Source: Vicugna vicugna (Eukaryota). From it: a DNA stretch of 64,000 nt. Each line of letters opens with the position of its first letter. The first letter of the stretch is position 1. Location: NCBI GenBank assembly GCA_013265495.1, contig MU058868.1, forward strand, positions 1,684,587-1,748,586. Direction: 5' to 3'. The notes beneath the pieces are model-generated. The model was given only the letters and a program-made list of their open reading frames with translations, was not told the DNA's origin and searched no databases. Below are positions 1-12,600 of the stretch, one piece after another. The translations under genes and the position numbers were made by a program.

Positions 1-2534
1 GACATGTACAGAATGTGTATTTCTGAGCATGCTCAGCAGCTCTGTTGTTCTCACCGTATTAGCCCAGGCTGACTAGTGTCTTCAAAGCTTCCTTTGATCA
101 TTTGTCTTCTGCGGAACCAGTTACTTCACAAGTAGGAACACTTAGTTACTGACCATTAAATTCTGATAAAACTGCCTATTTGTTTTTGTGTATTTTAATC
201 TTCCTTACAGCTCTGCCAAGCTTTCCACCTTTTCTCCTCCCCAGGACAGAAATCCAACTCAAACCCTACTTAGTAAGCCACCCTCATGGAGTGAAACTCA
301 GGAAAAGTTCTGTTTCAGTAAAACCATAAATTTTGAAAGTCTTTGTTACTTCAGCAGAAATACAATTAGAAATAGTCAAGCAATTGAAGGAAAGTAGCAG
401 TATTGTGAATGAACAAAAATAGAGGAAGTGGCTGACACTGTCAGAGGATCAAGTCGAATTCTCCTTTTTGTCCTGCATGCAGTTGTCCTGGGCGTGGACC
501 TCAGGGCACGGGCATCAGCGTAGTGACTGCAGTGCGGGCCTCCTGGACTGCGGTGGTGGTTTGTTACGGTGTGAGGCACCGCACGTACGATTGCTTCTCC
601 AGGTTCCTCTCCTGAAACCTGAATTGTGGAATTTCTGCTTGAAAGCACTTGTTTAAGTGTATACCAGTTAATATTTGCTCCCTTGCCACTGACAATAGTG
701 AATGTTGCTTCAAATATATATATTTTTGAAGTGAGGATGAAAGCAACATTTTGTGAACCTAGTTAGTAATGGAGATGATTTTGCACTCCTTTCCACCATG
801 CATCCATTTAGCAGATGTTTCTTGAGGCCTGTTAGGTGCTCATTGGTTGGGGAGATACTGTGAGCTAGACGGAAGGCCCCAGTGTGCCGACCTGCCCTTG
901 TCTGGCATCCGCGTTGTGACTTCCCATGTGGCCGTTGATGGGTAAGCTTGGCTTTGAAATGAGTGGTCTTGGGACCGGGTCCTGATTTGGCCATTTATCT
1001 GTCTTGAGGCCTCAGGATCTTAGAATTCAGAGTCAGTCCTTCCTCTGCAAATCAGCAACTCTTGCAGAGTTGTTTGAGCCAGTCTGAGGGAAGTCTGTGT
1101 AGCTTATGGCGCTGTCCTTATAAAAGTCGTGCTTGGTCGCTCTTCTGGATCCCTTGCATTTTCCTCAGCTGGATTTGGGAAGTCTTTGGTGTGGAGTTGG
1201 GGAGTCAGGAAGATGATGCTTACGGCTCTATCCTGTTTTCTCATTTTCCCCCCCAGAGTGCTCTCTGATACATTGTCTCATTAGATTACGGAAACATTTT
1301 TACTTCATAGATGAAGACCTCATAAGTGTTGAAGTTATACACTGGAACGAGTGGGTCTGACCACTGGGACCTGACTCAGTGGCCTGTCCACTGCCCACTA
1401 CTGACCCTTGAACTGGAGAATGCTCTGGTCAGCGTAGGAAGACCACTTAGTGAGAAGCAATTAAGAGCGCAGTCTCTAAACCATAGTCTTAATTTCATAT
1501 TCTTGCTTCTCCACTTACGGGAGTGTGTTATTGTGAAGAACACACCGGAGGACTGTCTAAATACTGTGCTTGAAAGAAAAACAGCAGCAGGTATATAGCT
1601 ATGTAAAAACTTAATAAAACGTGGAAGACTGAGGCTGGCAACCTATTAGCAAACCATCATAAAGGAGAGAGCAAGCAGGAGGGCCTGCCCACATCACTCC
1701 TGCTGGAAGGAGCGTGTGAGTGGCAGCAAGGCCAGGAGGCCCTGCCTCGATTCAGTTTTCCTTTTTTTTTTCCCTTTCCTTTCTAACTTGCGCGTGCTGG
1801 GACACGTGGTGGTGAGAGGTGGTGTGAGGTATGGTTCAGAGCTCATCACCCTGGAACCAGGCGGCCTGAGTCTGACTCCAGCAACCCCACTAGACGGCTG
1901 AACGGCGTTGTGCCGCAGCTTCCTTATCAAGTGTAGGAAAAAAGGGGTTAATACACGTACAAATGAGGTTTAGATCAGTAGTTAGCGCTCCGTGAGCAGT
2001 ACTTTTTCTAAAGGGAACTTGGAGCAGTTTCATCTGAAAACATCTGGAGACACAGGAATAGACATGATCCGATCAGAGGCATTAAAGGCTTTCACTGTGC
2101 TCCGAGGCCCCAGGCGGGCGCACTCGGCTGGAAGCTGTGACAGGAACCTTGAGCAGAAGGTAGGTGTGTGTGTGGGTCCTTTCGGGAAAGTGGAGAAGCA
2201 GGCTAGTCACGTGGGCCGTGGGAGGTTGCAGCTCGTCGCGGTGTGTTCTGGTTTATTTGGGAGAGGGCTCCAGCGCTGGGTGCCTTTCTGTCACTAGCTG
2301 AGAGACTCCCCTTCCACTGAGTGGCGCAGTCCCCTTCCAGAGTTGTAGGTTCTGAGAGCCTGGAATGAATTTCTGGGCGAGCCTTCTTGTCTCCCCACCC
2401 ACGGTGCCGGACAGGGTGTGGACTGTCTGTGCAGCACTCTTCTCAGCCCTCTGCCTGCCCTTCGCCGTCAGCGCTGTCTCCTCCAAGCCTGTTTAAAATC
2501 TTGTCACTCTTTCCAGCTAAGGCTTTTTATTTTA

Positions 2535-2705
2535 GCCTGTTTTCTAGCTTTATTAAGGTATAATTGACAAAATTGTCCTATGTCAAAGTGTGCAAGGTGA
2601 TGATTTGGTATGTGTGTCATCGGGAAATAATCCCTCAAATCCAGTACTGAACACGTCGGTCCCTCACATGGCTGCCTTGCTCTGCTCTGTTCTGTTTTTG
2701 GTGAG
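2535..2705 (-). mobile_element. Old L1 (L1M-type) 3' end fragment
   Basis: tttattaaggtataattgacaaaattg...gtgatgatttggtatgtg resembles an antisense L1 3' end. Confidence 0.55.
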
Positions 2706-2883
2706 ACCGCTGTCTGTTTGAGGGTGTCCTGATGATGCTGTTTCTTTCTGGGTGCAAAGCTCATGAGCCCTCCCGGAGATGTTCATTCGCCAGGCGACTG
2801 CCACCTGCCCCAAGCCAGCCTGGAAGGCCCTGCATAGCTCTAAAAGCATCTCTTTTGTGAAGCTTTCCTGACAGCCTGTTCTG

Positions 2884-3325
2884 TTAGTGCCCTGGGGCTG
2901 CCACAGCCTGGGCGGCTGCAACAGCACAAGTTGATGGTCTGCGTTCGGAGACCAGAAGTGCGAGATCAGGGCTCAACAGGGCTGGTCCCTGAGTTGTGAG
3001 GGAGCCACTGGGCCAGGCCTGTCCCCCCGCTGCTGGTCTGCCGGCCATTTTAGGAGCCCCTTGGCTTGTCGATGCAGCACGTAAGCTGATCTCTGCCTCC
3101 GTCTTCACGTGGCAGTCCTCCTGTGTGTGTGNNNNNNNNNNNNNNNNNNNNNNNNNNNNNNNNNNNNNNNNNNNNNNNNNNNNNNNNNNNNNNNNNNNNN
3201 NNNNNNNNNNNNNNNNNNNNNNNNNNNNNNNNNNNNNNNNNNNNNNNNNNNNNNNNNNNNNNNNNNNNNNNNNNNNNNNNNNNNNNNNGCATGAATTTCA
3301 GAGGCACACAGTTCAGCCTGTATAC
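2884..3325 (+). mobile_element. MaLR (MLT1-type) solo LTR, interrupted by N gap
   Basis: ttagtgccctggggctgcc...ggagaccagaagtgcgagatcaggg...tctctgcctccgtcttcacgtggcagtc...gcacacagttcagcc. Confidence 0.7.
3132..3288. other. N gap (157 nt)
   Basis: Run of n inside a MaLR LTR. Confidence 0.99.
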
Positions 3326-4639
3326 CCTTCTCTCTGCTTTTTCTGCCTCCCTCTGGGCACTTTCCTCCTGCTCATGTGTAAGTAGATTTCTGTCATGGCA
3401 CCAGGAGTGTTTAATTACATCTGGGTAGCGTCTCCTCATTTTGTAATTGTTTTATCTCTGGTGCCTTGCATGTAATGTGGAAAGGAGCTCCGGTGGAGGT
3501 ACGTTAAGTACCAGGAGTTGGTAGAAATGAAGGAAGACGCTGCAGAGGGCACCTCTCCCCTTGCTCTCCTATTGACAGTTCCAGCAGCTGTCAGGAGTTG
3601 GGCGTAAGGTGGCCCAGGACACCAGCAGACGCTACCACTTTTATTACCACATGAGCATATTTGATGCCTCTTGGTTTATTTCCCATGGACTGGTAATTCA
3701 TTACCACCTGGCAGCCATTTTGCTTTCTGAGGTGTGTTTTAAGAGCACATAGAAGCTGACAAGACCCTCTGGATCTTCTAGCTTACGGTTTACCCAGAGA
3801 ATTTTGTTAATGGTCACTTTCTTGTTTCAGCTTTTGGTTTGAATGTTCCGTTTTTAGGGATTCAAAAGTAAGTCACGGGAATGGTTGGAATAGTTCGCAA
3901 AATGTCTGTGCCAGGAGGGAGATGCCAAGAAATAACTGACTCTGCCCCAGAGCTTCAGAGTTAGCTCATTAGATACGTTAGAGAAGCAAAAGTTTGTCTG
4001 TTCTCTGATCTGAGGTTTAGTTGCACGTCAGTGAGGATGAACCGCCTCAGGGCTGGAGTACCTTGGCTGCGAAAGGCACGTTTTTATTTCCAGAGTAAGT
4101 CACATGGTAGGCAGAGTGGTGTCTTCTGGGATGTTAGTAGAAGATTTGGGTGGTGAAGTCTTAAAATTTCCATTCACCCCAGTGTCAGTCTGAAGGCGTG
4201 TGCTGAGATGTGCTCACATGAAGGCAGTGGAGACCAGCGTACGTAAGGTCTGGAGGCACTGTTTTCTCGGAGCAAGGAAGATCCTGGAGTATTTCAGAGA
4301 CACAGAATAGAACTGTTTCGTGAACCCTGTTTTATCCTTCATCCAGCTTCCACAGTTGCCTCGTGGCTGGTCTTGTTTATTTGGGTAATGCATACTCTCT
4401 CCCTCAACCCTGTCTAAGTTTAGCCAACTCCAGATCCGTAAATACTTCTGTATGTATCTAATGCAAACATAATAATATTACACCTAAATTTTTTCACAAT
4501 AGTTCCTTAATGCCATCCAAGTCCAGTTAGTATTCAGATTTCTAATTGTCTCAAATGCCAGTCTTACATTTTTACGTTGTAATTTATTTGAGTCAGGATC
4601 CAGCTAAGGGCCTCCTGTCACCTGTCATGCTTTAATCAG

Positions 4640-4830
4640 GGGAATGAGTGACTTGATCTGACTTACATTTTGAAACTCTGACTTCTCTGTGGAAAATGGA
4701 TTGCTGTGGGGGTTGTTAGGAGACTGGGAGTAGAGAAATCATTTAGGAGACTGGTGGATGTCCAGGAGGTGAGTGGTACTTACCCAGATGAGAGCAGCAT
4801 GGGAGAGGCGGAGAGCGTGGATGAATGTGG
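4640..4830. mobile_element. L2 fragment
   Basis: tgatctgacttacattttgaa...ctgtggaaaatggattg...taggagactg...gtccagg is a typical L2 segment. Confidence 0.5.
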
Positions 4831-4976
4831 CCGCCACATGGGCGGGCAGGGCTCATCTGTCTCGGTTCTTTCAGACTTCTGGGTTCTGGAGGGGGTAGTG
4901 TTTGTTTATTTGAAAGTCTTGTCCCCGGAGGTTTCATTGATTTGGGTGGTGAAGTCTTAAAATTTTTACACAAGTT

Positions 4977-5206
4977 GGGGGTGGGGAGTGGGAAGGGATA
5001 GACTGGGATTTCAAAATTTAGAATAGATAAACAAGATTATACTGTACAGCACAGGGAAATATACGCAAGATCTTATGGTAGCTCACAGAGAAAAAATGTG
5101 GCAATGAATATATATATATGTTCATTTATAACTGAAAAATTGTGCTCGACGCTGGAATTTGACCCAACATTGTCAAATTATTATAAATCAATAAAAAATG
5201 TTAAAG
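4977..5206 (+). mobile_element. 5'-truncated young L1 3' end with 17-bp target-site duplication
   Basis: gggaagggatagactgggatttcaaa...caataaaaaatgttaaa; TSD aaatttttacaca(a/g)gtt at 4960-4976 and 5207-5223; TT|AAAA endonuclease site. Confidence 0.85.
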
Positions 5207-6434
5207 AAATTTTTACACAGGTTAAATTATAGTGGCTTTATGGAGTACTGGGCTGGAGGAACACTAGTCCACACTTGTCTTGAATGAGTTTATTCAACTT
5301 TAATACAGCTCATCTGCCATTGTATCATCTTGTCTGTGTGTGAATAAATGATAATACTGATAACTATATATAGTAGAATAGGAAATTTATAGCTTTTCAC
5401 TTAAACATTATAATCTTTTATGTATATTGTGTTGAAGAATCTTTGTAGTTTCATAATACTGTATTGAGCAGATCGTGTTACAACCATTCCTGTACCGTTG
5501 GACATTGATCTTTTTGAATTATTTTATTGTTTAATTACTCTAAGTACTGTTGCAGGAAATTTTCTTTGCGTCTGTAGTTTTCTATTTCTTTTTAAAAAAT
5601 TTGGATTAAATAACTTCTTTGTAGAGATTGTCACAGAAGTCTGCTGTCTTAACACACACTTGAAGACTACACCCGTGAAACCGTGGAGCCATAATTGGTG
5701 AAAACCCAGTGCAGGTTTTGTGCTTTGAAAGTAGAATTACGCTTACTGTTGGTTATTGGGCTCAGAATGTGTGTACTTTGACTTTAAGTTTATAGGCTTC
5801 CTTGTTGAGGGAATGGAATGCGTGCATATCTGGTCTTCAGCCTTTATCTTATCCCATTCACGGGCAATCTGTAGTAAAAAGAAAGCATTTCTGCCTTATC
5901 TTTAACATGTTGGTTTTACAAAGATTCTTTTCTTTCCGTCAGCTGTGGGAACCAGGAAGCAGCTGTAGTGCCTCTAAAATGCTCCCCTTTGTCCTTATTT
6001 ACTGATGAAAGTGGCTTAAAATTGGAACTCATTTAGTAATAGAGAAGTCGTGATACTGTGTATCCTTTTGTCTTTTTTGCTTTTTTGGAAACACTGAAGT
6101 GGAACATTTTTATCGTTGGCTCAGAATGGCCAGCTTCATTTACATCTAATGAAGAAACGTGTCACAGCCATTAGTGTTTCGTCCTTTGGGTCATTCTTTC
6201 AGAACAAACTAGGTTGAACAGATGAAACTACACATTTTCAGGGCTCTGTTCAGAGAAGAGGAAGTCAGGTGGCGGCTTGCTGACCCCGGGCTGCCTGTAG
6301 TCCTTGGCTGCTTTGTGCTGTCGTCTTTGTCAATCAGCTGTTGCTTATGTACTATCTTTAGATTTCAGGAAAGCAATGTCCAATTTGGTCTTTTCTTTAA
6401 ATTTTTTTCTTCTATTCATTCTTTGGCTATTAGT

Positions 6435-6570
6435 ACAGCAGAATATTTTTAAAAATTTAAAAATTGTACACAATTTTTCAAGGTTGCTTTCCATTTACAG
6501 TTATTATAAAATATTGGCTGCATTCCCCGTGTTGTACATACATCCTGAGCCCATCTTACGCCTGTGAGTT
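6435..6570 (-). mobile_element. L1 3' end fragment
   Basis: ccatttacagttattataaaatattggctgcattccccgtgttgtacatacatcc. Confidence 0.65.
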
Positions 6571-6602
6571 TGTACCTCCCTGTCCCCAATGGTTTTGATA
6601 AA

Positions 6603-6770
6603 CAAACTGTCCTTTAAAGCCTTGCTGTTCAAGTTGTGCTCCGAGTTCAGTGGCATTCGTATCACTTGGGAGCTCCTGAGACGTGAAGAATCTCAGGCCC
6701 CACCAGACCTACTGGATGTGAATTTGTCTTTTAACATGATTCCCAGGCAGTTCAAATGCACATTAAAAAG
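6603..6770. mobile_element. MER5-like hAT-Charlie DNA transposon fragment
   Basis: atcacttgggagctc...gaatctcaggccccaccagacctactggatgtgaatttg...ttaacatgattcccagg. Confidence 0.7.
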
Positions 6771-6924
6771 CTAACAGTGCCAGCCCCAGATTCCCAAGGT
6801 TGGGTCCTGCTGGTCAGGGCACCTTTGCGCCTGTGCCCTCAAGCCCGTCCCTTGGGGACATTGTTTCCCCTTGCTGCCTCTTCTGCTGCCGCCACCAACC
6901 GTCATCATTATCGTCATCATTTTT

Positions 6925-7040
6925 TGCAGTGTGGCTCAGAGGTTAAGAACAAAAGCTCTGCAGCCAGACGGCCTGTGTTAGAATCCCAGCCCTGTCGACT
7001 TCCATCTGAGTGACCTAAGTCCCCTGGTCTGTAACGTGAG
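6925..7040 (+). mobile_element. MIR SINE fragment
   Basis: gtggctcagaggttaagaac...gctctgcagccagacggcctg...gaatcccagccctg...gtgacctaag. Confidence 0.65.
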
Positions 7041-7159
7041 AAAGCCAGAGCAAGTGGACAAGCCGAGGAGGTGAGAGGACAGAGCGTACGTAAGGAGCCG
7101 TGTCTGGCATTCAGGTCTGGCTGCTGTCACTCGCCTTCCTCTGTCATGAACAGTATTTT

Positions 7160-7300
7160 AGTTACCTGCTGCAGCAGGACAAACCATCTCAGGACCTTGC
7201 AGCTTAAAGTAGTTATTTTATTCATAGTTCATGATTTTGCGGGTCAGGAGTTTAGGCAAGGCTCAGCTGGGCAGCTCTGCTCTGTGTGGCACCCACCAAG
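7160..7300 (+). mobile_element. MaLR (MLT1-type) LTR fragment
   Basis: gcagcttaaag...catgattttgcgggtcaggagtttaggcaaggctcagctgggcag. Confidence 0.6.
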
Positions 7301-7319
7301 GACGCTTGAAGACTTTCAG

Positions 7320-7990
7320 GCTTTTGATTATTTTAATTAAGTTCTATATTCTGGATGTAAATATCTTCTCAGATATATGATTTGCACATACTTTCTTCCA
7401 TTTTATGGGTTGTTTTTTTCACTTCCTTATTTATGTATTTTTTTTGATTCCACATATGAGCAATTTCATATGGTATTTTTCTTTCTTTTCCTGGCTTTCT
7501 TCACTTAGAATGACATTCTCCAGGAACATCCATGTTGCTGCAAATGGCATTGTTGGTTTTTATGGCTGAGTAGTATTCCACTGTATAAATCTACCACATC
7601 TTCTTTATCCAGGCCTCTGTCGATGGACATTTAGGCTGTTTCCATGTCTTGGCTATTGTAAATAGTGCTGCTATGAACGTTGGGGTGCAGGTGTCATTTT
7701 GAAGTAGGGTTCCTTCTGGACATGTGCCCAGGAGCGGGATTCCTGGGTCCTATGGTATTTCACTTCCTTACGTATCCTTTGAAGCACAAATGTTTTTACT
7801 TTTGAGGAAGTCCAGGTCATCTCTTTTTTTCTTGTTGCTGTCTTTTTGGGGTTATGCAAGACTTTGCCTAACCCAGGGTCTTGTGGATTTACTCCTTTAC
7901 TTTCTTCTAAGAATTTTATAGTTTATGCAGTTACATTTAGGTCTGTGTTCCATTTGGAATGAATTTTTGTATGTAGTGTAAGGGGCACCA
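7320..7990 (-). mobile_element. Old antisense L1 fragment with a younger L1 piece (7430-7757) nested inside
   Basis: Old L1 text breaks at 7429 and resumes at 7758; 13-bp TSD tttcacttcctta at 7417-7429 and 7758-7770. Confidence 0.8.
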
Positions 7991-7993
7991 CTT

Positions 7994-8424
7994 ACTTTTT
8001 TAGTTGCTGATTTAACCTTTTAAAAAAAACACACCTACTTTGCTTATCCTCTGTGGCTTGAGGAACTGTTGTTCACTCACTCGTCATTGAAACTCTGTCT
8101 GTGGCTTCTGAGACTCTTTCTCATCTTGCCTTTTGGTCCTTTCCTTCTTGTTCTTAATGTATTCAGATATTGTAATTTAGATACTGTTACATGATGGAAG
8201 CTGTTCTAACTTTTTTAGTTGCTGATTTAACCTTTTAAAAAAAAACACACCTACTTTGCTTATCCTCTGTGGCTTGAGGAACTGTTGTTCACTCACTCGT
8301 CATTGAAACTCTGTCTGTGGCTTCTGAGACTCTTTCTCATCTTGCCTTTTGGTCCTTTCCTTCTTGTTCTTAATGTATTCAGATATTGTAATTTAGATAC
8401 TGTTACATGATGGAAGCTGTTCTA
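7994..8424. repeat. Near-perfect tandem duplication, 215 + 216 bp
   Basis: 7994-8208 equals 8209-8424 except A8 versus A9 in one homopolymer. Confidence 0.95.
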
Positions 8425-9473
8425 GGTGCCTGTTCTGCCCTCCTCTTCTCAATTTGTATTCTGCTGCTGGCCAGTTTCCTCTCCTCTCCTGGCTTTAGCC
8501 AGCGTTTCTGTGCTAGTGAATTCCGGTCAACAACTCTGCCTTTCTCAGTGAGTCTGTCTCCCCTGCGAGACTGTTAGACTGTGAGTCCAGCTTCCCTAAA
8601 GTGAGGGCCACATCTAATTAATTTTGTGGCCAGCGGTGACTGACATACGATGCTCAGTAGATACCGTATATATGTTGTTAAAGCTGTCATTTAGTGTTTT
8701 ATAAAAGCAGAATAGAAATTGAACTATTTGTATGATTAGTAAAGGTGCTGTTTAGAGATTTAGTAGTTAAAAGATGAATATAATTTAGTGCATTTGAGCA
8801 TCATTTCAGATAAAAGACGGCAGTTAAAAAGAATGTAAATTAAGTAGCCATATTAGCAGATTTCTAAATTTGAGCCATTTGGGCATCTTTTGAGGTTATT
8901 TACAACCCAGGGCGTGGTGACATTTTCAGTACCTGCTGTTACTGTTCTTTGAACCAAACTGGTGGTGTTGATGGGGAACATTTCCCGTTTGTGTGAATAT
9001 AGATGTGTGAGCAGCTTCTGTCCTGTTGCTCAGCCTGGGGAATCCTGTGCAAAATCGCCACCAATACTTTTTGGGGAAAATAGCATAAATCAAATTTTTC
9101 CGGAAACGAACTCTGCTGCTGTTAGAAGACCCTGTCTGTGTGGGACACATGACGACTTTCGGCTCTCTGACGGTCAAAATTTTCCTAAGTTTGTCAGAGG
9201 AAATAGTAGCTTTGTGGGATTCTTCTGTTGTTGCTGAAGAAGAGCAAGGGCAGAACTGCCATGGCTGGTGGGAGGGTGGGAGATGGCTGGTCAGCCACAA
9301 AGAGGCCTCACACGTCATGGCTCTGGCCGATGGCCAGGGTCACTCAGGGCGTCCTTGGGCTGAAGATGGTATTTATCAGGCTGATGTGCTCATTGTGAAA
9401 GGCTGCTGGACATTGATTCAAAAACAATACTTTCTTTTATTTTGATTCTGTAGGAACCTAGAAAGATTGTGCA

Positions 9474-9668
9474 ATGAATGGTGATACTCGGGCTGCAGTG
9501 GTGACCTCACCACCCCCGACCACAGTCCCTCACAAGGAGAGGTATTTCGACAGAGTGGATGAGAACAATCCAGAATACTTGCGAGAGAGGAACATGGCCC
9601 CAGACCTTCGCCAGGACTTCAACATGATGGAGCAGAAGAAGAGGGTGTCCATGATTCTGCAGAGCCCC
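9474..9668 (+). CDS. ADD1: ADD1 first coding exon (exon 2; acceptor tag|G at 9454, ATG 9474)
   Basis: [10 protein letters not shown]...MILQSP, 195 nt, donor gtaaga. Confidence 0.97.
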
Positions 9669-12600
9669 GTAAGAGGAGCCTTTCTCTGACCGCGTGTCCT
9701 CCTCCTTCCCTCCTTCAGCCTGTCTGCTCTGCTGTGTGGTCACAGTCAGTTTTACTCACACAGCAAGTCAGCGCCAAGGGCTTGGAAAGGTTCATTAAGT
9801 TCGAGTTACCAGACACAATAAGTGGAAGTCTTCAGTGTCATAGAGGGCAGGAGGTGTCACTTTTCCTTTTTACCCTCACTGCTTCTCTGGAATCTTTAAA
9901 TGCTGGGACTGTTTAAAAATGACTGATTCCTCCTAAACGCCTGGCCTGGGGCTGGGCCCCTAGTAGGTCTAGACGGCACCCGGTCACGGGCGGCTTTCAC
10001 CGCGGTTGCGCGGCGTGCTGCGCCTCGGCCGCGCCCTGGGCCGGGCGGCGCTGCTCTCGGGCTCTCGCGCTGAGACTGCTGCCCCTGTGCACTTCACTCT
10101 CTTTCTTTTTAACCTGTTCTTGTTTCGTTTCCTGAATATTTTGGGGTGTCATTTGACAGATAATTCATTGAGCTTTTTAAAAATTTTAATTTATTTTTTA
10201 TTTTATACTTTTTTGGGGGGGTTATTTGTTTATTTTTAGAGGAGGTACTGGGGATTGAACCCAGGACCTTGTGTCTGCTAAGCACGCACTCTACCGCTGA
10301 GCTGCACCCTGCTCCGTGAATTTTTTTTAGTGGTAATCAATCCATCTCCAAGCAACTGGGGATTTAGCAGTAAACAAGACATACAAAGCTTTTTCGTTTG
10401 GTTATTATCATTCATCTATCGTTTTTCAATAATATAACTGACAGTAGAGTGCACGGGTCTCAAGCATACGGCTTGATGAGGTCTGACATGCAGGCAGCAC
10501 CCGTGTAGGCGCTCAGGTCGCCTCAGACTTGCGTTCTAGTCGAAGGGGATAAGCAGAGAGCAACAGACAGAAGCGAAGGGCAGGAAGCAGTCGGCTGGTT
10601 AAGTTGTGCCGGTGATTAGAACAGGCCTTTCTGAGTAAAGGAGTGACGGGAAGGAGCCGGGACTGGGGGAGACGCATTCTGGGCTGAGGGAGCTGCTCAT
10701 GTGAAATTCCCAGGCTAGGCATGAGCTTGAAAGAGTCGGAGGCAGCCGGGTGGTCTGAGCATAGGAAGCGAAAGGCAGGAAGGTGCAGCGAGGCTCGAGG
10801 GGCGGGGGAGCAGGTCCTGGGAGGCAGTGCGAGCTCAGCTGAGGAGCTTGTCTTACATCCAGAGTACAGTTGTCATTGGAGGGTTGCAGACGGGAATGGC
10901 CCGATTCAGTCTTTGAGTAGCTCATTCTGGTTTGGTGCAGAGGGAATATCATGTGGGGCAAGAGAGAACGCCGTCTCCCAGATGCGGTGATGGGAGCGTG
11001 GGCCAGAGTGGTGGTGGTGGAGGTGGGGAGAGGTAGACCCATCTGAGTTTGACTGTGAGGGTAGGGTGAGTAGGATTTGCTGATGGATGGGGAGGAAGAG
11101 GTGGGAGGAAATGAAGAATCAGAGCAACATGTGGACTTGGCTCAAGTATGTTTCCTGGTGAAAAGCAAACAGCAGTAAGTAAAAGTCACCTGGGATAGAG
11201 TGAAGTAGCAACTTACAGCAGCTAGTGTGCACCAACGCCACGCTCAGCACTGGGGTGTGGAGCTCCCGCCCGCAGTCGCTTAGAGCCCAGCAGCATCAGA
11301 GTGTTCCTGACGCAGGTGCATCCAGAGAAGGGCCACCAGTGAGAAGGCTGGCAGGACCCGGGGCCTTGCTGGGTAGGGCGTGCCTGGGCTGGCTTCTTGG
11401 TTCCGGGCACGTAGTGGTTCACCCACAGTGAGGGGTGGGCAGGCGCCCTGTGGACGCAGGTGCTATAGTTGGCGGACGTGAGAGGGAACCTGTGAGAGTT
11501 CTTCAGAGTGGCTCTGTTCTCGGGGATAGCACCTGGAGTCACTGCTGAGGACGGGCGCCGGGAGCAGCGTCAGAGGCTTGAGGAGAGAGAAGGCATGAAG
11601 GGGAGGTGAGGGAATGGGTCAGAGAAGTCGAGGGCGGTCTTGGGTTCGTGTGAAGGGTGCACTCAGGGCAGTGGCCCTGAACTTAACGTGAGGCAGCGCA
11701 GGAGTCTCTGCCTTTTCCCTACAGCCACTTCCAGCGGCATGAGTAGAAAGGGTGAGGAGCGAGCTTTATCCAGGACTGGGATTTTGCCGGATGAAATGGT
11801 AGAGCTGAAGTTGTGAGCCAGGGAACGGTGACAGTGTTAAACCAGGGGCCTAAGCTGAGTGAGGGGCCGGGACACAGGGAAGGTGAGGGATGATGACAGG
11901 GTCTTAGGATCACTGTGGGCTGAAGAAGGGTGCGCTGGACACTAGGAAGAGGTGTCTGCAGGGCACAACCTTGGCTCTGAGATTGAAGAGGGACGCAGTT
12001 ACTGGGAATGAGCAGGTCCCTGGGGCACAACCACGGAAACAGGAGGCCGAGGTGAGTTGGAAGACGGTCATTGGAGGAGAGGCGATCAGGAAGCTGAGAG
12101 GGGAGGGTATGGATGTTGGCCCACCCGGGATTAGGACCAGGCGAGTGCATGAGGTCATTGGCCAGTGACTGCTGGTTGGGGCCAGAGTCTGGGACCCAGG
12201 TGGACAGCCCTGGGCCTCACTGGCATTGCTGAGCTCGGCTCTGGACTGCGTGTGTGGGTCATCGGGGTTGCCGTTGGTACAGAGGCCCCTTGTAGTGTTG
12301 TTTTTCTCCTTCTGTGTTTTCCTTACTAAGTTTTAAGTTCATTAATGGCAAGGCCGTTTTTTCCGTCTATATGTCCTCAGTGCCTAGAACAGTGTCATTT
12401 AATTTTTCTTAGCCTTTCGTACTGTATGTGCACAGCATTCCATTGTAAGGTGAGTCAGTATATTTAATCAGTCCTCTGCTGTTTAAAGTGTAGACTGTTA
12501 CCTGTTTTCCCCTTTACTAGTGATGCTGGAATGAGCATCTAATGAATAAGTCTTTGAGCACATCTCTGATTAGTTCTTTAGAAAAGATTCCTGGGAATAG

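Noticed and set aside
7994-8424. CRISPR-like or functional repeat array
   Set aside because: Only two long adjacent copies, no spacers, eukaryotic context
10241-10312. tRNA gene
   Set aside because: tRNA-like head followed by an A-rich tail and lacking a complete cloverleaf; it is a SINE
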